Below are positions 55,797 to 64,000 of a stretch of DNA of 64,000 bases, one piece after another. Both the position numbers and the translations under genes were made by a program. The notes under the pieces were generated by a model, which was not told the DNA's origin, made no database searches, and saw only the letters and a list, made by a program, of their open reading frames with translations. The stretch spans positions 96,001 to 160,000 of the forward strand of contig JAOZGC010000002.1 in NCBI GenBank assembly GCA_027491915.1. The letters are read 5' to 3'. The DNA is from Thermoproteota archaeon (GTDB lineage Archaea > Korarchaeota > Korarchaeia > Korarchaeales > Korarchaeaceae). Position 1 is the stretch's first letter; every line of letters starts with the position of its first letter.

Positions 55797-57212
55797 TCAC
55801 TTGAGGCCGAGGAACTTGCTCAGTCCCGGATACAGCTCCAGGGCCCTCTCTCTGGCTATGACCTCGTAGAACGAGGCTATTATCGTGACGGCCAGCAGTA
55901 TTCCGCTTCCCGTACCCAACGCTCCACTGAAGTCTGCTCCGGCAGCAAGAAGCCCGACGAGGGCGCCCCCAGCTATGGTAACCGAGTTTATGTATCTCTT
56001 TATCGCATCGGCGACCGTCTTGTATCTGGACCTCCTCCCGGGCATCACCATCCCCTGGGCGATCAGCTGTCTGGCTACGCTCTCCGCGTCCATCCCAGAT
56101 GTTATCACCCACACCTCCGAGAACACTATGGAGAGAAGGACGAAAAGCAGTAGGTACACGAGCGCTCTCACGGGATCTGTGAATAGGATCTGCGGTCCCC
56201 TGGGGACTTGAACGTAGTACATCAGCCCCCCCGACGGATAGACCGTCCCAGTGTTGGGGTCAACCTCAAACGTCCCTAGCACGCTGGCCAGGAAGCCGAG
56301 CAGCTGATCCCCCGTCTCCCTGAACCTGTTCCACACTATGTTGGCGACTATGTTCAGGTCTCCATACAGGGCCTGGGTGAATATAATCGGTATGTTGCTC
56401 ACGTACAGGAGCCTCAGGGGGTACCTCACCCTCTGACCGCCGACCAGCGAGTGGGCTATTGGGACTTCTACCCTGACCTCGTAAGCCCATATGACTATCA
56501 AGAACACCACCAGGGTGGCTATCAGGCCAGCCAGGTCCGGGAGCTGTCCCCTGATCAGCGCGCCGGCTCCCTCCGTGAACAGGGCCGGCACTGCGCCTAC
56601 TAGGAATCCCTCCCTGGTGGTTAAGGGAGAGAACGCCTCCCAGAAAACCCTCTGAGACACTCCGGCCAGTATGAACAGACTTATCCCGCTGCCTATTCCC
56701 CACTTGCCCACCAGATCATCCAGCACCATCAGCAGGAAGGAGCCCAGGGCCAACTGGGCGGTCACGGAGAGGGCTGTCACAGAATCGAGGTATCCGTAGG
56801 ATCCACCCATCACGTATGCCGCGTTCTCGAAGAGAATGAAGAAGAGGGCGGCCACCCTCTGGGCCTGCTGGAAGTAGGTCCTGTTCTCCGGTTCGGTCAG
56901 ATCCAGGGGAATTATCCTGCTGCCTACCAGCAGCTCCAGCACTATACCCGCGGTCACCACGGGACCTATCCCCAGCTCTATGATGCTCCCCCTCGTCCCG
57001 GCGAAGATCAACCTGAGCTCGCTCAGTATGTCCCCCCCGGTCACCCTGACCCCGTATATGGGTATCTGAGCCATGATGTAGTACAGAATCAGGACCACGG
57101 CGCTCCACCCGAGCCTCTCCTTCAGCGATGGTCTCTGCTTTGGTTTCTCAACCTCTGGAATGACTCTGTTAATGGCCGAGATCGCCGACCTGAACACGCC
57201 CATCTCAGCCAC
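55797..57212 (-). CDS. secY: protein translocase subunit SecY
   Basis: ELGIGPVVTAGI, KWGIGSGISLFI, YVSNIP, GTGSGILL. Confidence 0.97.
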   Translation of the reverse strand: MAEMGVFRSAISAINRVIPEVEKPKQRPSLKERLGWSAVVLILYYIMAQIPIYGVRVTGGDILSELRLIFAGTRGSIIELGIGPVVTAGIVLELLVGSRIIPLDLTEPENRTYFQQAQRVAALFFILFENAAYVMGGSYGYLDSVTALSVTAQLALGSFLLMVLDDLVGKWGIGSGISLFILAGVSQRVFWEAFSPLTTREGFLVGAVPALFTEGAGALIRGQLPDLAGLIATLVVFLIVIWAYEVRVEVPIAHSLVGGQRVRYPLRLLYVSNIPIIFTQALYGDLNIVANIVWNRFRETGDQLLGFLASVLGTFEVDPNTGTVYPSGGLMYYVQVPRGPQILFTDPVRALVYLLLFVLLSIVFSEVWVITSGMDAESVARQLIAQGMVMPGRRSRYKTVADAIKRYINSVTIAGGALVGLLAAGADFSGALGTGSGILLAVTIIASFYEVIARERALELYPGLSKFLGLK

Positions 57213-57675
57213 CCGCCTGCTCCTCCACTGCCTCCACTATCTCCCCGCCAGCCTCGGCTATCTTCTCCGCGGCCTTCCTGCTGAACTCCCTCACCCGAAT
57301 CCTCATGGCGGTTCCGACCCTTCCGGCCCCTAGGAGCTTGTCGTATCCGGCCCTGGTCAGGTCGACAAGTAGGATCTCGCCCTCCCTCTTGGCCGTTCCC
57401 GACTCTATGAACTTCTCCAATCTGGACTCTATCTCGCCGACGTTTATTGTCTTTGGTTCTCTGGGGGAACCCGGCCTTCTGAACCCCCTGCGGCCGCGCC
57501 CAAAGTAGTCTGGCCAGTGGGCGGTGTACCAGGTCCACCCGTGCTTGTGTGACCCGGCGTTGCCGAATCCCCCTCCCCTTCCGCTCCTCCTGTGTTGCCT
57601 CTGAAGTCCGAATCCGTGTAGTCTGCTCCCTCTGAGCTTCCTGGACTTCTTCCTCCTCCTCGGGATGGTCCTCAT
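57205..57675 (-). CDS. rpl15: 50S ribosomal protein L15
   Basis: RGSRLHG, GRGGGFGNAG, KLLGAG, A.EKI..AGG. Confidence 0.95.
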   Translation of the reverse strand: MRTIPRRRKKSRKLRGSRLHGFGLQRQHRRSGRGGGFGNAGSHKHGWTWYTAHWPDYFGRGRRGFRRPGSPREPKTINVGEIESRLEKFIESGTAKREGEILLVDLTRAGYDKLLGAGRVGTAMRIRVREFSRKAAEKIAEAGGEIVEAVEEQAGG

Positions 57676-57676
57676 G

Positions 57677-58174
57677 CTACATCATCCTCCTTAGGAGATC
57701 TTCTATCTCCCTCCCCCTGTATCCCAGCTCTCCGCCGGCTCGCCACCCCCTCTTGGTGCTCCTCTTAAATCCCCCTTTGGGGGGGCTCAGCCTGAAGTAG
57801 GGAAGTATCCAACGGAGCTTGTGAAAATTCAACCTTCCGCTGCAAATTGCCTCCGCCAACTCCCATATGCTCCCAAAATTGCTCTCCGATCGGACGACCT
57901 CGTCCGTGACTCTCCCCCCTCGCCTCAGCCTTCCCCTTCTGCTCAGGAGGAGAGCCACGGTCTCTGGCCCAACCTCGCCGTAAGTGGAGTAATCCTTCAC
58001 CTTCCTCAACATGCCAGCGTAGGATGGGGTCGGCTCCACGATGGTTGCCCAGAACTTCCGCCTGATGTGTAGCATCTCCAGGGTGGCCCTTATGTCCGGC
58101 TTTAACCCCGTCCTTCCCCTCAACCTGACGACCACTATGGGACTGGAATCGCTATCCCCCTCCGGGTCCATCAA
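57677..58174 (-). CDS. rpl30: 50S ribosomal protein L30 (uL30)
   Basis: VVRLRG, GMLRKVKDY, FRLSPPKGG, GELGYRG. Confidence 0.95.
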   Translation of the reverse strand: MMDPEGDSDSSPIVVVRLRGRTGLKPDIRATLEMLHIRRKFWATIVEPTPSYAGMLRKVKDYSTYGEVGPETVALLLSRRGRLRRGGRVTDEVVRSESNFGSIWELAEAICSGRLNFHKLRWILPYFRLSPPKGGFKRSTKRGWRAGGELGYRGREIEDLLRRMM

Positions 58175-58260
58175 GATCGCCTCCGTGGCAAGCCGCCATC
58201 GAGCGCCCCGGCGCGCCTAACGGCATGCCCGACCCAATCGGCTCTTCCACCCTAATATAG

Positions 58261-58911
58261 TTAACCGCCCTCCGGAGGCTGCGCTGTCCTCCAATCGGAG
58301 GGTAGGTGCATCTTCAAAAGCCTTTCGAGGGCGTCCATCACCGCGTAAGCGTAGTTCATCCTGTTTCTGGTCTCCCCCCTTGAGAATACCCTCACGTCCT
58401 TCAGTCCGCCCAGCGACAGTATGACCTTGCCCACCTCACTGGCCACCAGACCGAGCCCTCTGGGGGCAGGCATCAGGGTCACCCTGACGGAGCCAGACTT
58501 GCCGGTCACCGTTGCCGGTATGGAGTGAGGTCTCCCACATCCACACTCGAAGGACCCGCAGCCTTTTCTCACCTTGATCATGTTGAGCTTGGCATCCTTT
58601 ATCGCGTCTGATAGGGCCTCTCTGAACTCCCTTCCCTTGCCCCTTCCAACTCCCACATACTCCTGGCCGTCTCCGACCGCCACTATTATTCTGAGTTGGG
58701 TCATCTCACCGGCGTCCGTCTGCCTCTGAACCCTCCTGACCTCTATTATCTCCTCCTTTAGACCGGGCAGGAGGGCATCCACGATCTCTGGCTCCTTGAT
58801 TATGTAACCCTGCCTGAGAATCTCGTCCAGAGACCTTATCTTACCCTGGGCGACCGCCAACCCTAGCCTGGTCCTCGGAACCCACTCCTCCGTCTCTCCG
58901 ACCCTGCTCAA
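58261..58911 (-). CDS. rps5: 30S ribosomal protein S5
   Basis: WVPRTRLG, QRQTDAG, GCGSFECGC..PHS, PAPRGLGLV. Confidence 0.96.
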   Translation of the reverse strand: MSRVGETEEWVPRTRLGLAVAQGKIRSLDEILRQGYIIKEPEIVDALLPGLKEEIIEVRRVQRQTDAGEMTQLRIIVAVGDGQEYVGVGRGKGREFREALSDAIKDAKLNMIKVRKGCGSFECGCGRPHSIPATVTGKSGSVRVTLMPAPRGLGLVASEVGKVILSLGGLKDVRVFSRGETRNRMNYAYAVMDALERLLKMHLPSDWRTAQPPEGG

Positions 58912-59498
58912 GATCGCTCACCCCTCAGTCTCTCCAGCACAGAATCAAAAATTCGTCCCATATCGGTCGGATCCGCGCCGCCCTCGATGTAGCCAGAGAA
59001 CTGCCTCTTGTAGAGATCTTCCCTAGCTTCTCTCAATTCCTCAGCCCAGGAGGAGATGTGCTCCCCCCTAACCCTGTCATCGGCGGGCAGGACCTCCTCC
59101 GAGTGGGGGACTTGGAGGCCGGCGTCCAGGGCCCCCTTGAGGGCGGCGTACAATCTCGATCCTGGCGTTGACGGGAAGCGGCCGAGGTCCAGCACCGCCT
59201 CCCGATATCCGGCCCTCACGGCGCGCAGTCCGGCCAGATAGCCCGTGAGATAAGCGGCCGGCACGTTCTTTCCGGAGTACTTCCAACCGTACCTCGTCAG
59301 CTCCTTCGAGTGGGCTCCGACGATTGTCCTATCCCCCTTCGGATCGTACTCCACGAGCTGTACCGTTATGTACCTGTTGCTTCTTCTCACGACCAACCTA
59401 GGCATCCCGCTCTTGAGGAGGGCGAGGCGCTTCCTGTAGTCGGTCTTTCCCTCCCTCCTCCTCCTGAACTTGACCCTGTACCTGCCGGACCTGGCCAC
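58908..59498 (-). CDS. rpl18: 50S ribosomal protein L18 (uL18); start revised to GTG 59498
   Basis: RRRREGKTDYRKR, RLVVRRSN, N.PAAYLTG, GALDAGL.VPH. Confidence 0.95.
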   Translation of the reverse strand: MARSGRYRVKFRRRREGKTDYRKRLALLKSGMPRLVVRRSNRYITVQLVEYDPKGDRTIVGAHSKELTRYGWKYSGKNVPAAYLTGYLAGLRAVRAGYREAVLDLGRFPSTPGSRLYAALKGALDAGLQVPHSEEVLPADDRVRGEHISSWAEELREAREDLYKRQFSGYIEGGADPTDMGRIFDSVLERLRGERS

Positions 59499-59500
59499 CT

Positions 59501-59941
59501 CTACCTCCCCCTCACTACGGACGACCTCAGGTGCGACACGGACGAATACATGCCCAGTCTCCTGTAGATCTTCCTGTAATCCGCCCTGGAGATCTTGCCG
59601 GAGTCTCTCAACTTCTTCAGCTCTCTCCTCAGCGCCCTGATCTTGTTGATCCACCTTCTCTTCCTGCTGAGCCTAGAGTACTTCCCTCCTTTCCTCCTCC
59701 CGGGCCCCCTTCTCCTGCCCCTCCTAACCCGGGCCCTGCTCACTCCTCTCTTGGGGGTGATCCTGATAAAGCCGAGTGAGATCATCTTCCTGACGTCCTC
59801 TCTCGTTACGGCCTCCCCTATCTCCACCAGCTTCCCCGGGTCGAGTCTGACCCTGCTCACCCCAACTCCGGCCACCTCGGCGGCCACCCTCTTCACGTAC
59901 CTGAGATCTCTAGGATTCACCTCCTCCTCGCCGACTGCCAT
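59501..59941 (-). CDS. rpl19e: 50S ribosomal protein L19e
   Basis: KRVAAEV, TREDVR, RGPGRRKG, WINKIRALR. Confidence 0.95.
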   Translation of the reverse strand: MAVGEEEVNPRDLRYVKRVAAEVAGVGVSRVRLDPGKLVEIGEAVTREDVRKMISLGFIRITPKRGVSRARVRRGRRRGPGRRKGGKYSRLSRKRRWINKIRALRRELKKLRDSGKISRADYRKIYRRLGMYSSVSHLRSSVVRGR

Positions 59942-59942
59942 G

Positions 59943-60356
59943 TCACTCCACCTCCTCCCTTACTCTCGCCTCAATTGGGTTGGCGATCCTCACCCCCATC
60001 TCCTCGGCGGCCTTCTGGAGGACCACGCGCTTCCTCTTGCCGACCGTGGCCCCGATGTAGACCATCCCATACCCCTCCTCTTTGGCCTTCCGGAGCTCCC
60101 CGACATTGTGGACGATGGTCCACCTGAATCCGGAAGGGTGAAGTCCTCGGATAGCCTCGGGATTCTTATATCCCACCCCAGGGAGCCTCGGCCTGCTCTT
60201 CAACCTGAGCCTCTGCTTGTTGTCTATTCCCCTGGGCCTGCGCCAGGACTTGACGGATCCGTCGTGCCACCACCTGGCCAGATTGATGAATCTGGGCTTC
60301 CTCCTCCTAATCTTCCGCCTCAGGAACCTAAGACGGGCCGATTTCTCCTCCCTCAT
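59943..60356 (-). CDS. rpl32e: 50S ribosomal protein L32e
   Basis: WRRPRGIDNK, GY..P..IRGLHPSG. Confidence 0.95.
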   Translation of the reverse strand: MREEKSARLRFLRRKIRRRKPRFINLARWWHDGSVKSWRRPRGIDNKQRLRLKSRPRLPGVGYKNPEAIRGLHPSGFRWTIVHNVGELRKAKEEGYGMVYIGATVGKRKRVVLQKAAEEMGVRIANPIEARVREEVE

Positions 60357-60390
60357 AAATCACCACACCTCAACCGCTCCCCTCCAACGG

Positions 60391-60942
60391 TCACTCCACG
60401 ACGTATATCCCGTCCATGAAGACCCTGGGATCCTTGCCCCTTATCTTGGTAGCCTGCCTTATGTTGGCGGCGGTCTGCCCGACGTCGTCCTTGGACGGCC
60501 CCTCTATCACTATTCTGTCACCTCCCTCCAGCCGGACCTTTGCGCTCCCCACTATCCTCGCGTACCTCGGACTCTTCTCTCCCAAAAAATTGTTTATCTT
60601 AACAACCTTATTTTCTTCATCTATCTCAACTCTTATCGGGAAGTGGGAGAAGACGATCACCATCTCCTTCCTGAATCCCCTGGTCACCCCCTCGATCATG
60701 TTCCTCACGTGAGACGCCATGGTTCCCAGGTAGGCCCTGTGGAACTTCCTCCTGCCGAAGACGGCCAGCCTAACTTCCCCATCCTCCACGGAGATCTCTA
60801 TCATCCTGCCGTTGTAGGGCTTCTCCACGCTGCCGAGCGGGCCGCTCACCCTGATGACGTTCTCCGGGTCGACCTCTACCCGAACACCCTCCGGTATGGG
60901 TACCCTTATCTCGCTCTCGCGTCCGGATACCTCGGCCCTCAA
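60391..60942 (-). CDS. rpl6: 50S ribosomal protein L6
   Basis: IPEGV, SHFPI, NFLGEK, KDPRVFMDGIY. Confidence 0.96.
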   Translation of the reverse strand: MRAEVSGRESEIRVPIPEGVRVEVDPENVIRVSGPLGSVEKPYNGRMIEISVEDGEVRLAVFGRRKFHRAYLGTMASHVRNMIEGVTRGFRKEMVIVFSHFPIRVEIDEENKVVKINNFLGEKSPRYARIVGSAKVRLEGGDRIVIEGPSKDDVGQTAANIRQATKIRGKDPRVFMDGIYVVE

Positions 60943-60960
60943 CGCGAATCCTCTCCCTCC

Positions 60961-61353
60961 TCAGTAGTAGAAGCCTATGAGGACTCCACCGATGCCCAGC
61001 TCCTTGGCCTCTCTGTGGGTCATCACCCCTCTGTTGGTCGATATCACTATGCTACCTATCCCGGCGGCGGGGAGGTACCTCTTCTCCAGCTTCTCTATCT
61101 CCGCCCAACCGACCGAGAACCTGGGCTTTATCACTCCGGCCTTGTTCAATCTCCCGATAAGCCGCACCTTATACTTCCCGAACCGTCCGTCGTCCACGTA
61201 CTCAAATTCTCCAATATAACCGTCTTCCCTCATGAGTTTTAGAACCCTGCCGATCAGCTTCGAGGCAACGGGTATCACGACCTCCCTCTTGCCCAGCCTG
61301 GAGGCGTTGGTGAGGGCGCTCATGGCGTCGGCCAGCGGATCTAGTCTGGTCAC
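60961..61353 (-). CDS. rps8: 30S ribosomal protein S8
   Basis: DPLADA, GYIGEFE.VDDGR, IKPRF, ST..GVMTH. Confidence 0.96.
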   Translation of the reverse strand: MTRLDPLADAMSALTNASRLGKREVVIPVASKLIGRVLKLMREDGYIGEFEYVDDGRFGKYKVRLIGRLNKAGVIKPRFSVGWAEIEKLEKRYLPAAGIGSIVISTNRGVMTHREAKELGIGGVLIGFYY

Positions 61354-61369
61354 CCGGAGACACCCCCTC

Positions 61370-61525
61370 TCACTCGTACTTCTTCCACCCCATCAGGGGG
61401 GCAACTTCCCTGAAGCAGGACCTGCACAGGTAGAGGTTGTACTTTCTGATGATCCCGTATCCCCTCCTCCCACATCTCCTGCAGACGTAAGCTCCTTTCC
61501 CCCTCCTTTTCCTCTTCTCCACCAC
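61370..61525 (-). CDS. rps14: 30S ribosomal protein S14, Zn-binding (51 aa; not in ORF track)
   Basis: Manual translation [51 protein letters not shown]; SD GGTGA upstream. Confidence 0.95.
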   Translation of the reverse strand: MVEKRKRRGKGAYVCRRCGRRGYGIIRKYNLYLCRSCFREVAPLMGWKKYE

Positions 61526-61547
61526 GGAGATCACCCCTCGAAGAGGC

Positions 61548-62111
61548 TCAGGTCACCTCCATGTTTAAGTATTTCTGAGCGTAGTAGATCGACTCCTCCC
61601 GGCCTAGTCTGTGTCTCCTGGGAATTCTCCTTCTCTTGATCCGCCTCTTGGCCACCCTGTAGCCGGGTCTTCCCATGGAAACTGCCACGTCCATCCCAAA
61701 TATTCCTATCTCTGCCTTGTATTTCATTCCAGGGATATCTATGTGCTCCCTTATTCCGAAGGCGAAATTGCCCTCGTTGTCGAAAGAGCTTGCCCTGACT
61801 CTGCGACCGACGGCGTCAAGCAACCTGTTCAAGAGGGCCCCCGCCTTCTCCCCGCGGACGGTCACCGACACGGCTATGGAATCACCCTTCCTTATCCCAA
61901 AATCTCTAATCGTCCTCTTTGCCTTCCTCACAACCGGCTTCTGTCCAGTCAGCTCCTCCAGGACGGATCCGGCCCTCTGGAGGATTTCGCCTCCCCTCCC
62001 AACGCATATGTTCAGCGTTACCGATCTTATCACGGGCCGCCTCATCGGATTGTCTCCCCACGGATCAGCTTCCCTACTCCCCGCCTCGACGCCGCCCTCC
62101 ATGGAGGTCAC
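61548..62111 (-). CDS. rpl5: 50S ribosomal protein L5
   Basis: [33 protein letters not shown]. Confidence 0.96.
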   Translation of the reverse strand: MTSMEGGVEAGSREADPWGDNPMRRPVIRSVTLNICVGRGGEILQRAGSVLEELTGQKPVVRKAKRTIRDFGIRKGDSIAVSVTVRGEKAGALLNRLLDAVGRRVRASSFDNEGNFAFGIREHIDIPGMKYKAEIGIFGMDVAVSMGRPGYRVAKRRIKRRRIPRRHRLGREESIYYAQKYLNMEVT

Positions 62112-62824
62112 CTCACCGTTATCGGCGGGTTGAGGCCTATCACTATCAAGTCCTCTCTCTTCGACAGGAAGGTACCGGGCTCCTCCTCCGTCCCCCTCAA
62201 CCTTATCAGGGAGTCGATTTCCTCTATCGTCCCCACCCTCCCAACGTCTCTCCCACCGAGCACTATCGCCATCTGACCGACCTCCAGGCGGAGCGTCTCG
62301 ACGATGGTCTGCTCGGGCACCCTTATCAGCAGAGAGTCGCCTATCTTATATCCCCCCTCATTAGAACCGGATTCTATCAATATATTTCTTCCATCATGGC
62401 AGGAAAGCTGAATTTTTCCGCCGCGAACGGACTTCTTACCCCTTATGGCCACTATCTTCATGTCGGCCTCCTCCCCGCCCACCTCCCTGAGCTCTAGGAA
62501 CCTCTTCCTGCTCGGGACCACCCTGAAGATCTTCCCGACCTCGGTCAGGGAGACGACGTCGTACACTCCGAGGGGGAACTTGGGATCCCTGACGATCCTG
62601 CCGTCCACCTCGACGCCTCCCCCCTTTATCACCTTCTTGGCCTCCCTGTAGGACGTTGCGAGTTCGAGCACGTCCCTGATCATTACCGCCAGCGGGATGC
62701 ACTTGCGCGCCGGGTGGGGCCCGGGGCTGGGCTTCACCGCCCACTTGAACCTCTTCCTGGGGAGCTTCCAGTGTAGTGGCATCACCGTCCTCTTCATCTG
62801 CCTGGATCCTCCCATTCTGGCCAA
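62108..62824 (-). CDS. rps4e: 30S ribosomal protein S4e
   Basis: PSPGPH, VDGRIVRDPKFPLG, HDGRN. Confidence 0.95.
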   Translation of the reverse strand: MARMGGSRQMKRTVMPLHWKLPRKRFKWAVKPSPGPHPARKCIPLAVMIRDVLELATSYREAKKVIKGGGVEVDGRIVRDPKFPLGVYDVVSLTEVGKIFRVVPSRKRFLELREVGGEEADMKIVAIRGKKSVRGGKIQLSCHDGRNILIESGSNEGGYKIGDSLLIRVPEQTIVETLRLEVGQMAIVLGGRDVGRVGTIEEIDSLIRLRGTEEEPGTFLSKREDLIVIGLNPPITVR

Positions 62825-62828
62825 TGGA

Positions 62829-63209
62829 TCATCTCCCTCCCTTCCTGTCCAGGATCTTTTGCCTCACCTGATCGTCCAGCTTCAATTTGGTTATGATGAC
62901 CTTGGAGGGGTGTATGGGAACCGGGATCTCAGTCCCGTCGACCTTCCTCCTAGTCAGGTCCTTTATGAAGATCCGCCTCCTCTTGGTGTCCACCCCTATT
63001 ACTTCTCCCTCGCGTCCGATGTGGTCCCCCCTGACGACCAGAACCGTGTCTCCCTTCCGAACCGGGAGGGACCTGGTTCCGTACTTGGACCTCAACTCGT
63101 CGCTCAGGTGGGCCCCCATGAGCCTGTGCCTGTGGTGATAAGGGGCGGCGGCCTCGTACCTCCTCTGAACCCTCGGCTTGGACGACCTGGGCCTGCCCAC
63201 TCGCATCAC
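62829..63209 (-). CDS. rpl24: 50S ribosomal protein L24
   Basis: SSKPRVQR, LS.ELR.KYG.RSLPVRKGD, PIHPSKV. Confidence 0.96.
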   Translation of the reverse strand: MMRVGRPRSSKPRVQRRYEAAAPYHHRHRLMGAHLSDELRSKYGTRSLPVRKGDTVLVVRGDHIGREGEVIGVDTKRRRIFIKDLTRRKVDGTEIPVPIHPSKVIITKLKLDDQVRQKILDRKGGR

Positions 63210-63210
63210 C

Positions 63211-63639
63211 TCACACGACCGTCGCCGATATGGATGATAACACTTCCCACCTCTTGACGGCCTCCTTGGCTATCGGCCCCTTGACCTCCGTCCCCTTGGG
63301 CGTGCCGTCGTCGTTGACCAGGATGACGGCATTATCCTCGAATAAAATCCACTGACCGCTCTTCCTCCTGTACGGTCTCCTCTGCCTGACGACGATCGCT
63401 TTCATCGGCTTGTGGAGCAGCTCGTACTTCCCCTGCTTGACCACGACCGACACCATGTCTCCCACCCTGGCCGCCGGGAGCCTCGCCTTCCTGCCCTTGT
63501 ATCCCATCACCCCTATTATCTGACAGACCCTCGCCCCGGTGTTGTCCACGCACTTCACCTTCGCCATTACCGGGAGTCCGGGAGTTATCTTCGGCAGTAC
63601 CCCCTTCCGCTTCTTCCTCCTTGCTGCCCTCCTCGCCAT
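63211..63639 (-). CDS. rpl14: 50S ribosomal protein L14
   Basis: [28 protein letters not shown]. Confidence 0.96.
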   Translation of the reverse strand: MARRAARRKKRKGVLPKITPGLPVMAKVKCVDNTGARVCQIIGVMGYKGRKARLPAARVGDMVSVVVKQGKYELLHKPMKAIVVRQRRPYRRKSGQWILFEDNAVILVNDDGTPKGTEVKGPIAKEAVKRWEVLSSISATVV

Positions 63640-63693
63640 CTAGACCCTCCTCCTTCGGATCGAGTCGGACCTCCGCGGCCATTAATAAGCTTT

Positions 63694-64000
63694 CTAAGGC
63701 GGGGCGCCGCCCATCCTCCTTGAGATCTCCCTCCCTATCACCACGCCGCTCGCCGAGGCCTGGACGAGCCCCCTGGAGACCCCACCTGCGTCTCCCCCTA
63801 TGAAGAGGCCCTCGACGGTCTCTGTCTCCAGGGAAGGCTTCAGTCTGAACTTGGCGGTGTGGAGCTTAAGCTCCACCCCGTAGAGGAGGGTGTGATCCGA
63901 TGATATTCCAGGCATGACACCGTTGAGCGCATCCAACGTCTCCAGCAGATCCACCAAGTACCTGTAGGGATAGACGAAGCTCAAGTCGCCCGCCACGGCG
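63694..64000 (-). CDS. NAD(P)/FAD-dependent oxidoreductase, C-terminal part (enters from window edge)
   Basis: GDLSFVYP, TLLYGVELK, ET.VEGLFIGGDAGGVSRGLVQASASG. Confidence 0.8.
   Translation of the reverse strand, partial: AVAGDLSFVYPYRYLVDLLETLDALNGVMPGISSDHTLLYGVELKLHTAKFRLKPSLETETVEGLFIGGDAGGVSRGLVQASASGVVIGREISRRMGGAPP

Noticed and set aside
29444-59654. Long N-terminal extensions in the ORF track for yjjX, phi, eno, L18e, L14e and L18
   Set aside because: They overlap neighbouring genes or tRNAs; downstream starts match family N-termini and promoter spacing
29-63803. Numerous long antisense or alternate-frame ORFs (e.g. 29-421, 44367-45197, 52336-53247, 60217-61242)
   Set aside because: Shadow ORFs expected at high GC; they overlap well-supported genes and show no recognisable motifs

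Overview
High-GC archaeal chromosome segment made up almost entirely of housekeeping genes. The combination of crenactin, a short crenarchaeal-type XPF, a multi-OB-fold RPA, AsnRS and BHB-type introns suggests a TACK archaeon, most plausibly Korarchaeia (inference). The left two-thirds carry mixed metabolic, DNA-repair and RNA-processing genes plus six tRNA genes, three with introns. The right third is the ribosomal/RNA-polymerase supercluster (L14 to SecY, cbf5, S13-S4-S11-RpoD, L18e-L13-S9, aIF5A, Pus10, L21e, RpoF), with two more tRNA genes. Most notable: (1) an intact form-III-RuBisCO-derived ORF that has lost essentially every catalytic residue, tail-to-tail with ribose-1,5-bisphosphate isomerase; (2) crenactin outside an Arcade cluster, plus an orphan gene between S11 and RpoD whose C-terminus resembles the crenactin-binding helix of arcadin-2; (3) a 16-nt BHB mRNA intron splitting the catalytic Asp codon of cbf5; (4) a probable non-canonical 36/37 tRNA-Val intron; (5) a type II pantothenate kinase/ECF/Nudix-fusion operon; (6) a decayed N6-adenine methyltransferase beside the tRNA cluster; (7) recurrent short AT-rich patches inside coding sequences. 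No CRISPR array, rRNA or intact mobile element was seen. All assignments come from motif recognition by eye; no database search was run.
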